Part shown: one piece after another, positions 53,051 through 64,000 of the stretch
Numbering within the stretch: the first letter of the stretch is position 1
Layout of the letters: each line of letters begins with the position of its first letter
Source of the DNA: Octopus vulgaris
Taxonomy: Eukaryota
Direction: 5' to 3'
Length of the DNA stretch: 64,000 nt
NCBI GenBank assembly: GCA_951406725.2
Contig: OX597829.1
Span: 21,142,001 to 21,206,000 of the forward strand
The notes under the pieces: model-generated
Told to the model about the DNA's origin: nothing
The model's input: the letters and a program-made list of their open reading frames with translations, nothing else
Database searches by the model: none
Translations under genes and position numbers: made by a program

Positions 53051-53574
53051 ATGCAACTGATATTTGCATCAACAATGTTAACTTGTACAGAAAATAGATA
53101 CACATTTGTACTATATACAAAGTATCTTAATCTTGAACAGAAAAAAAAATCTTGACCTGTAAAATGTAGAAAGAAGCAAAAATTTTATATTTGCTTATGA
53201 ATTTATCTGTGAAATTCTTCATTTCCCTCTGTTAGTGCTTGTCTATCTGATTCTATCTTTTTCTCTCTCTATCTCTGACACATACTTTCTAGATGAAGCT
53301 TACACGAGTCCATGAGAGAGCCCCTATATGGTCGTTTTGTCATGCAAGAAATAACAGGCAAATCTCTCTCGAATCACACTCAACAAACAAAATAGGAAGA
53401 CATTACTGGATAATATGACCCTTGTATACTATGCCTGAGAATGTGATGGAATAGTCATGGATGGAATACCTTTGATCAAGGATTTGCTTGATTAAGGCTG
53501 ATGTAAGGCTAAAAAAAAAACACAGTTATTAACAATAAAAAGGTTCAAAAAGAAACATGGAAAATGTAAATTAC

Positions 53575-53711
53575 TTTTCATCAGCCTCCATTGCTTTTTG
53601 TTTGGCATCGTTTGTCTGTGTCTCATCTGCAATGTAGATTTTGTGTGCCTTTGTCATCTCAAGAACACTTTGTGCAACTTCAGATTGGATGAGACTAAGT
53701 TGAGACACCAG
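53575..53711 (-). CDS. FCHSD2: FCHSD2-like exon, F-BAR (LVSQLSLIQSEVAQSVLEMTKAHKIYIADETQTNDAKQKAMEADEK)
   Basis: catctag acceptor, AA|gtaatt donor; 137 nt, phase 0 to 2; coiled-coil-like open frame not present in the ORF track. Confidence 0.9.
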
Positions 53712-54880
53712 CTAGATGAAGTAATAAAAGTTGAAATAGCAAAATTAGCTTTATTAAAAAACACAAAAGAACAGGGAAAAATGCAATGGTAAGTTTATAC
53801 AGTACAGGACCTCTTATCTGGCTTCCAGAAATCTGGGAATACTATGCAATATTGTGTAATACACAGTACCCTGTATTGAGTAAACAGACTTTGTATGTTG
53901 TGTGTTGAAAGCAATTTTGTTCTTCACTTTTTTAAGTGGTTTATTAAAGATTAAACATACTCTGTTTTAGAAGTGCATTAGTTTGCACCAGTATCTGTTA
54001 AATAAAATCATGTTCTTTAATTTTCTTCATATACTTTTCCTCCTAAAAACATTTTGCTGTATACATGGTACAGTGTAATATATTTTAAGAATTTCAAATG
54101 GATTAAGAAATATCAAACAAACCTTGTTTTAAAGGTATATTAAATTGAATCTGATAAATGCAATTTAGCTCTTTACTTTTCAAAATTTTATATTTCAATT
54201 ACATATTCAGACTGTCTGCAGGAAACAGGAAAATCCAAAAATCTGAGACATTTCCAGTCCTAAAATTGCTGGATAATTAGTCTTGTATTGCAGGATATAT
54301 GTAAATTCATTTGCTATGGAAAGAGAAAAGCCTATTGCTTCAATCTCTTACTCTTCAATGGGATGTAAAGATAAATGCTGACAGTATTATCTGGTTAAAT
54401 TATTACTGATGCAGACTATCACCAATTTCAACAGGTCTTGGATTTCCATCTACCAAATCCACTTACAAGGCTTTGGTTGGCCTGAGGTTATAGTAGAAGA
54501 CACTTGCCCAAGGTGCCATGCAGTGGGATTAAACCTGGAACCATATGGTTGGGAAACAAGCTTCTTACCACACACAGCCACATCTGTGCAGAATTTCAAA
54601 ATATTAATGTGAACATAGCTACTATTACAGGGTTTAGTTTATGACATAAATTACATTGCAGTATCAATAACGGTGATGTATGTGATTGCCTCTGAGCACC
54701 AACGTTTTATTGCTTTCTACATTGGTTGCCTATATCTGTATAAAAATACTCTGTTTAAAACAAATAATGCTATATATTTATATTTACCATTCAATCATAA
54801 TTTGTTACCTCAAAAAAAAAAAAAGAAAAAAGAAAAAAAAAAAAGGAAAATCTAAATTCAAATACTAAGACATTTCTTAC

Positions 54881-55025
54881 CTTTTTCAAACATTGAACTT
54901 TTGCATTTTTTAAGGGTTTAGCAGGTTCTGCACACTTCTCATAATATATTTCTGAAGCTGCCAGCCTGGCTTTTGCAACCTTCTCCAGTTCTTCCAATAT
55001 TTGTCGCCAAACAATAACTGCAGTT
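54881..55025 (-). CDS. FCHSD2: FCHSD2/Nwk-like exon, F-BAR domain ([49 protein letters not shown])
   Basis: tttag acceptor and AAG|gtaaga donor; 145 nt, phase 2 to 0; resembles the human FCHSD2 segment RSMYPVWKSFLEGT...LKEQQLKR (from recall). Confidence 0.9.
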
Positions 55026-55053
55026 CTAAAATGAATATTTACATTTCTCACAT

Positions 55054-55095
<42 letters not shown>

Positions 55096-56569
55096 TACAC
55101 ATACATATATAGATATATATATATATATATATAGATATATATATATATATATATATACATATATACATATATATATGTATATATGTATAGATACGTACAT
55201 ATACATATATGTATGTATACATAAACACACACATACACATTTGTATTCATACATATAGGTACATACACACATTTTTATGACATTGAAAATATAAAAAAAA
55301 ATTATATAATTTTGATTCTCACTATTTTTAATTATTATAGTATTTAATATTTTATTACATTATCTTTTTAGACTTAATTAAATCTTTCTAATTTAGAAAA
55401 CTTTATAAATAATATGTTTTAACTTCAAATATTGAAATGCTTGAATAGAATTACTGTATAAAAGCACACAAACACATACCCCACAAAAAAAGAAAAAAGA
55501 AAGAAAAATAAGTAGCAAATGCAATGAACAAAATTCATAATAAAAAAGTGGAATTACCATTTTGATTAAATATATATTTTGGTAAAATTCCAATTAAGTA
55601 CATTTAAAGTAATTCATTAAAGCGACAACATCCTAGAAGTATTATGTTAGACATTTAAAAACACACAAAAAATATTCCACTCAATTTCTTTTAACATTAT
55701 ATATTATGAAGCGACAAAAAGTTTTGCTGCACTTTTGCAACTTGGTCACTGATGCAGTTCCTCTGCAAGCAGATATAGCAGAAGCAGTTTCTTAAATAAA
55801 TGTGATGTAACTGTTTCTGTTCCAGCATAGGGTTCCAGTTTACATCACTTGCCAAACAATTACAACTCCAAAATTTTACCAATAATCAAACAGATATTAA
55901 TAACCAACAATCATGCAAATATATGTAAAAATATACACAAAGAAAAATATTATTTTACTTGAATTTAAAAAAAAAAAAAAATCCAAATAAATTTACCTAT
56001 TTTGGTTACTGGATAGAAGCAGTATGGAAAATAGGAAAATATTAAAATTTCTTAATTTATTATGATAAGATTAAATTTTTAAATTTATTATGATAAAAAT
56101 AAAATTTAGGAATAAAAAAAAAAAGATTTACAAGGAATGAAAATCTTTTTATACAATTTTGCCCTCATCTTTTCTTTTATATTTTTCTATTTTAAAATTA
56201 TAGATAGTTTAAAAAGTTTTTAGTCAACCTTTGTTAGCAGGTGCCAAATATACATACATGTACTCAAGTTCAGACTGAATCACTAACAGTTCATTTCATG
56301 CAAATTTCCAACATGCTTGTGTACTATACTAAAGACATTTTATACAAAGAAGTACATCAATTTGAGGAATATTTCAACTTATTTCAAAAGTGGTTGCCCT
56401 ACTGAGTTTCACTCACCTAGATTTACTATGTTCTCAGTTACCATTATTTGCACAATGGACCACTGAGAAGAATGTATAAATTAAATGACCAAGTCGCCAT
56501 GATAGATCGTTAGCCACTACACACATTTTTTTCTCTCCTTGTGTCTCTCCTTGTTTTTTTTCTGTGTCC

Positions 56570-56605
56570 CTTTCTGTAGAAGAGCATAGGCTCGAAACGT
56601 AAAAG
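56570..56605 (+). ncRNA. Variant or degenerate minimal hammerhead motif
   Basis: cttt ctgtaga a gagc(atag)gctc gaaac gta aaag; all three stems present, core reads CUGUAGA instead of CUGANGA. Confidence 0.5.
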
Positions 56606-56703
56606 ACTTTTTCTATTCCTGAGCATTATACTAACACATCTGTTTGTTTCGTACACCACCTGTCTTCGTCTTTTGTTTTTTCGTAAACTCTCCCTATATA
56701 TAT

Positions 56704-57030
56704 GAGGGAATATTATTCCAAACTTACAGGGAAAAATTCAATTTAGAAAAACTAAATCAAATTTCACAATATATATATATATATATATATAAATTAGAAA
56801 AAAAAAATACCTTTTATCAATTCAATAATGAAAAATTAAATTATACCATTTAGAAAAATATATACCAAATATATACATTTTATTTGTTATTTTGCACATT
56901 ACTTAATCATTGTTATATGTTTTATCTTATATTTAATCTTTCTATAAGATGTAATTTTTCTAAATGGTATAATTTAATTTTTCATTATTGAATTGATAAA
57001 AGGTGTTTTTTTTTTAAACTTATATATATA
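56704..57030. mobile_element. AT-rich foldback element with the shared ccaaacttacagggaaaaa terminus
   Basis: Inverted arms about 56790-56857 and 56955-57015; terminus also seen near 30128, 62066 and 11941. Confidence 0.6.
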
Positions 57031-58103
57031 TAGTGTTGATGAGTACCCAATTCCCCAAGCTTAGCACTAATGAGCCAATGAAAGAATCACTTTGGAACCT
57101 ACAAATGGTAGGCAAATTTCTCTCAAAGCACATCTAAATTTCTTAAAAGATGGAGGACATATTGGATATAGGTGATTTGGTTGGGAGTGGGTGGCTGGGT
57201 GATCGATGGGACAAAGCTGACCTAGGATTAAACACCATAGCGTGTAGTCCAATATTGCTATCAATAGTGTAAAGAAATTTAAACTTTCCTTAAATATGAT
57301 GGCATTATAGTTAAACATTTTAGAACTGTGCATAAAATAAATATTTGTGAGTTCAGTTTCTGACTGAGTACATATAATGAAAAACAGACACTAAATAACT
57401 TAAAACTTATAGTTTCTCAAAAAAACAAAGTAAAAAGAAAAAAGAAGAAATGGAGAATTTAGCAGTTTAAAGAATCTTTTTGGTACTAATAACAAAAATA
57501 AATAAGAAAAAGATTATATTTTCCATTTTTTATCAGTTACATAATTGAAATTAAATCTTTTTAAAAAGGCTATGAGAAAATCATGTCTGTGGGTTTTTTA
57601 TTTAGTCAAAGGGAGAGGGGTATAGTGAAATATCAGGCTGTCTAGGTTAAAACCATAATATGTGACTTACTCATTCAAACCCTTTGTTTTCTTACAGTTA
57701 ATAAAACTACTTGTTTGTTAGTTCCTCCAAATTAAGTGCTTGACTCTATCCTGAATATGTTTCACAATGCAAATTATGAAGTGGTTAAACATCACTTAAA
57801 TCACTTTATTTCAAGTACCTATTGCGAAAATTTAAGTCCTACACTTGTTAAATTTTTACTTAAAAAAAAAAAAACTAAAAAAAAGAAAAGACTGTTGGAT
57901 AACTAATTCCAAATTATTCTTCAATGAAGGATCCCTAGTAAAGCAGTAAAGATATTTCCTTTCATTATACATGAGTTATTTACTTTTTACAATATAGAGT
58001 CTTTCTCCTGGGGATTAGTTATAGTCATCTCATATTATTTATATGTAATTTGAAAATGGCCAACAATTCAAACTTTAGTAACTGGAAGCTAGAGATGGTT
58101 TTA

Positions 58104-58617
58104 TCTCTCTCTATATAAACGGCAGTTTGTCTGTATGTGTGTCTGTCAGGTTGTACCCTCACCCTGACCACGGCTTTCAACCGATTCTGATGAAACTTGA
58201 CACACACATAGCCCAATGTCATAATTCAAAACTAACGCAGTGAAAATTTTGAAAAGTTCCCCCAGTTCTGAAAAAATTCGATAAATTCGACATGGGGTCG
58301 AGAATCTAAGCTTTTTATTTGCAACACATTTTCTGTTGTAGTTTTCGCAACTTGCAATCGATTTTCACCAAACTCATGGTGAAGCTTAATGTTACCCTAA
58401 GAAACTTAATTCCGACGTTAGTTTTCCATGCAATACCTTACCATCAGAAAAAATCGATAAATTCATGCCATTTTGGGAAATTGCGTTCAAATTCAAGATG
58501 ACATATTTTCGACAATATCTTTCACAAATTGGCAGGAATTTTTAAAAAATTCACAGCGAGCATCATGTCTGCTCCAGGGCTCTTACATACCCGGGCAATG
58601 CCGGGCTATGCTGCTAG
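58104..58617 (+). mobile_element. Non-autonomous Helitron-like element
   Basis: 5' TCtctctatataa, 3' hairpin cccgggcaatgccggg then CTAG; A|T insertion site. Confidence 0.75.
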
Positions 58618-59890
58618 TATTTAATAATACTAACATTGAAAGATATCCAATCCGTGGATACCAATGTGTATTCAGCTATAACATATCAACAATATACAGT
58701 AATCAACTTAACCAGAAATTTTAGCTGAAACATCACCATTTGTTCCACTTGTTTCCCCAGACTCTTTCCCTGAACTTTTAGATATATTCTTTATGAGAAG
58801 AATAACCAACACAAGATTATATCTAATATCTGTGAACCAAAGATGTTTGTACTTTATTCCTAAGAATATAAGAAAAAACTATTACATTCAATGAATAATG
58901 TTTTTAATAAGCAGCATCATATTTATTAAATGCACTTTTGTTTGCTTTCAGCTAGGGGATTAATTACAAACAAACAAATATAATATAAAACATGGGTGTA
59001 AGTTAACTCTTTACTCTGTCAAATGTAATGCTTATTTATTCACACCGTTTTGAATTAATCATGTTTTGAGATTTCAATGATGTGATTCTATATTTTTAGA
59101 ATGACAATGTAGGCTAAGTGTGAGAGGCTAATTCTGATCAGTTTGAACATGGAGCAGGTAGAATATTTGGGTCAGATACAGCTAGTTTAAATGCTAAATG
59201 GTTAAGGAACACTGGTTAGCAGAAAGCAAACAAAAATATGTTTAATAAATAGAATAAACCTTAACATGGGATACTGCTTATTAAATATTACATTCATTGA
59301 ATTGAATGGTTTTGTAGGCTCAAAACTGGGCTGAGAACTGGCTGTCTCGTGCAGCAAATTGGAGTGACAAAGTAAGAGACAAATTGGCCCAATATCAACC
59401 AATCAGAGTAGTGGACACAACAGCGGCCAAAGGCTAGCTGTTACCTGCTATGTTCAAATGCACATACATATGATAAAGGGAGAGAGGAATTCCACCCATG
59501 TTTATGTTACAGTTTTTTTTTCTTTTTAGTAATCAAGTACAAACTATTTTATCTTCTATAAATTCAAGGTCTCAGTCCACAGATATTAGATATAAGCTTA
59601 TGTTGGTTATTCATTTTATAAAGAATATATTTAATAGGTGGGTGAGGGAAGAGTCTGAGGGAATAAGGTGATGCTTCAGCAAAGTCTTTTAGTAAAGTTC
59701 ACAAATTTAATAAGTTCTCCCTGAAGAAGGACTCTGCCTATCAATATCATTCCTCTACTCCCAGAACATTCAACTTATGTAATTTGCAAACTTTTCTTAA
59801 AAGGATTGGTTATGTGAGTGGAACCAAATTAGCATAAAAAGGAATGTAAAAGAAAAACAGGTTGTGAAACTTGCCTCACTGGTAGCTTAC

Positions 59891-59944
59891 CTCCTTAATA
59901 TACGACATTCGCCATTTAATATGATTAATTGCAGTATACATTTT
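59891..59944 (-). CDS. Candidate 54-nt cassette exon (KCILQLIILNGECRILRR), phase 2 to 2
   Basis: Long pyrimidine tract then atactag acceptor; GAG|gtaagc donor; stop-free in the required frame; no homology support. Confidence 0.3.
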
Positions 59945-60189
59945 CTAGTATATTTATTAATGTGATGAGGATAAATGAAGAAGGAAAAAGAGGGTGAAAT
60001 ACAAACAGAAAATAAATGAGGGTGGAATACAATGATAAGTTGTATAAGGTGGAGTACAAAATATAAGTTTACGAGACAGTAAACATGGTTACCACAACAA
60101 TAAAAGAAACACTGTTAAATCACTATTTCTTGATATCATTACTTTCATACATTCAGCTTAACATCTGTGGTACTGTTACAAGAACGTTA

Positions 60190-61345
<1,156 letters not shown>

Positions 61346-61362
61346 ATAAATTAATAACTATC

Positions 61363-61459
61363 AGATTTGCATATCCAGGTTATATCATACAGCTAATCAC
61401 ATCTTTCTTTGTCAGAAAGATGTGGTTAATTGTATAATAAAACCTGGATATGTAAATCT
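61363..61459. other. 97-nt imperfect hairpin with 46-bp arms and a 5-nt loop
   Basis: agatttgcatatccaggtt...cacatctttct ttgtc agaaagatgtgg...aacctggatatgtaaatct. Confidence 0.7.
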
Positions 61460-62000
61460 CTATTCTCATGATATCTATTAATTTATTGTTTCTTCTCTAC
61501 CAATACTATGCAGTCTCTATAAAGATATTTAGAATTACCAAAGTGAGGACCAACCAAGTATAGTAAATTTAACTAACTGGGGTTTATCTACATTCACTGT
61601 GAGGTTAGCCAGTATTGTTAAACAATAAGAGCAAGCATGATAATCACTAGGATTATATATCCCTATTAACCAATTTTGGAAATTTACTTTGAAACACACA
61701 CACACATACACAAACACACATTTATTGAATATCTGGTTGATTTAGCTCCTCATGTTACTTAAAGTGAAAAAACAGAACCATGTCATTGTACATTCAAACA
61801 CTAAGCTTTAGCTTCTGAATATCAGACCAGCTGGGTATGTTTTTTTTTTTTTCATCACTTGGGAAACTTAAAGTAACATGAGAAGCAAAATCAGCCTGTT
61901 ACTCAATAAATACAACTCCTACTATGTGCTGAGTGCAACTTCCATTTCATTGTTCACTCGCTCTCTCTATACATACATATTCATTCAAATATATATATAT

Positions 62001-62056
<56 letters not shown>

Positions 62057-62065
62057 ATAATATTA

Positions 62066-62330
62066 GGGAGTAAATCCAAACTTACAGGGAAAAATTAGAT
62101 TTAGGATTAAATCTAATTTTATAGTATAAATATATATTATATTAAATTAGAGATAAAACCACTATTAGGCAAATCAAACAGTGGAAATCATAAGCCAATA
62201 CATAGAAATAAAATTAATAAAAAAAAAAATAAAATATAAAATATAAAATATAAAAAATATAAAATTCCAAATTAAAATATTTAAATTAAAGTTAAAATTT
62301 TAAAAATTATTTAAATAATTTAAACTTATA

Positions 62331-62370
<40 letters not shown>

Positions 62371-62670
62371 TATTATTATTTTATTTATTTATTTATATAT
62401 TTTTAAAAATTATATAACTATCAAAAAGTATTAAAAGTTTAATATAAGATAAAGAATAATATATATATATATATATATATTTAAAATTTATAAGTTTAAA
62501 TTATTTAAATAATTTTTAAAATCTTAACTTTAATTTAAATATTTTAATTTGGAATTTAATATTTTTTATATTTTATATTTTATATTTTTTTAAAATTAAT
62601 TTTATTTCTATGTATTGGCTTATGATTTTCACTGTTTGATTTGCCTAATAGTGGTTTTATCTCTAATTTA

Positions 62671-62675
<5 letters not shown>
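62066..62675. mobile_element. AT-rich foldback element of the same family as 11499-11941, lacking the ribozyme core
   Basis: Shares attagagaYaaaaccactatta.gcaaatcaaaca and ccaaacttacagggaaaaa; arms about 62141-62360 and 62460-62672. Confidence 0.7.
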
Positions 62676-62719
<44 letters not shown>

Positions 62720-63678
62720 ATATATACATAAATATATATAAAGAGTAAGTGGAGCTCTCCAGCCTTGTAAGGTAATTAATTCCCCTAGGAGAAGGGGTCC
62801 CCCCAACATAAAACCTACAGTTTGCTGGTCACTGCAGCTGCTTTAACCTGGTGAGAGTCACTGTGGTCAGACCTCTAAGTCTAAATAGTTGGATCTGATT
62901 GCATGGACTAACCCTTGCTTTAAAACTACTAAGTGCAGGCAGGAAGAAAAACCCTGCAACATCTAGGATCAGTTTACAAACCCACTCAGGAGCATGTAAC
63001 TCTTTCTCATCAACTTTGAACTCAAAGAAACTGCCATCATTAACATATATGATGTAGTCAATACATACAATAAACTCTAATTATTTAATTTGTAAGCTGA
63101 TAGCTTTTGTTTTGTTATTCAGAGTATCTGCATGCATATTTTCTATTAAACAAGAAATTTTAGTTTATGTTTTACATTTTTTTATCCTTTATTTGTTTCA
63201 GTCAATGGACTGTAGCCATACAGGGGTACAGCCTTGAAGTGAACAAACTAGCCCCAGTATTTATGCTTTAAGTCTACTGTTTATTCTATTGGTCTTTCTT
63301 GCTAAGTTACAGAGGCAGTAAACAAACCAACACCTGTTGTCAAGTGGTGTTGGTGGTGGTTGTGGTGGGGGAAGGAGGTCACAAACACAAAGATGTACAT
63401 ACATACATACATGCAGAAACCAATGATTGGCCCAGAGGCCCAGATTTTGATATGAGGTATTTGTGCAAGATGTCACACAGTGAGACTAAACCCCAACCAT
63501 GTGGTTGCAAAGAGAGCTTCTTAACCACACAGCTAAAAAAAATAGGGTAAAGAAAAAAAAATTTTTGATGTTATTTATTTCTTATTTGCCTTTTGAAGGG
63601 AGAAAAAAATAACTAAGTCAATGGAAGACTTGATATATAAAAAAAAAAGCAAAGCTGACAAAAGTGTGTGCACACACA

Positions 63679-63718
<40 letters not shown>

Positions 63719-63756
63719 GGCAACAAAATTACAATATTGCAATAACAGAAACATAC

Positions 63757-63771
63757 CTTCCTATACTTTGC
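63757..63771 (-). CDS. FCHSD2: Candidate 15-nt microexon (xQSIGR), phase 2 to 2
   Basis: tttcatttttccatttcatgcttactag|GCAAAGTATAGGAAG|gtatgt; phase matches the exon starting at 55025. Confidence 0.5.
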
Positions 63772-64000
63772 CTAGTAAGCATGAAATGGAAAAATGAAAC
63801 GTATTCAAATAGTTTTTTTTTTTTTTTTTCAGATATGTAATTAATACAATTGAAAATACATAAATAGATTAATATAAGCCATCAGCAAATTTTATAAGAT
63901 TTTAACTTCCTGTAAAAATAGTTTCTTTTATGAAAAATAAATAAATAAATAACTAGAAAAAAAAGAAGATTTAATATACAAAAACACCTAAAAATTTGAT

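Overview
AT-rich eukaryotic genomic DNA, most likely a coleoid cephalopod (Octopus-like SINE landscape and very long (TA)n tracts; this is an inference). One multi-exon minus-strand gene spans the window. It is an F-BAR and double-SH3 protein (FCHSD2 / Drosophila nervous wreck-like). I reconstructed 16 GT-AG exons with mutually consistent phases (55025 down to 1713/1780, about 910 codons); the N-terminal exons lie beyond 64000. Several phase-compatible alternative splice options are visible: 15-, 20- and 11-nt microexons, a 54-nt cassette, an internal donor that removes the inter-SH3 linker, and alternative C-termini. The introns hold tRNA-derived SINEs, LINE relics (RTE, R4/Dong-like), mariner and hAT elements and two Helitron-like elements. 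The most notable non-coding signal is a set of minimal type I hammerhead-ribozyme motifs (CUGAnGA-stem II-GAAAC-palindrome-GUH). They sit in Penelope/retrozyme-like elements, two of which are foldback palindromes carrying a ribozyme copy on each strand; one is a perfect 187-bp-arm palindrome. All calls were made by eye, with no database search or folding run.
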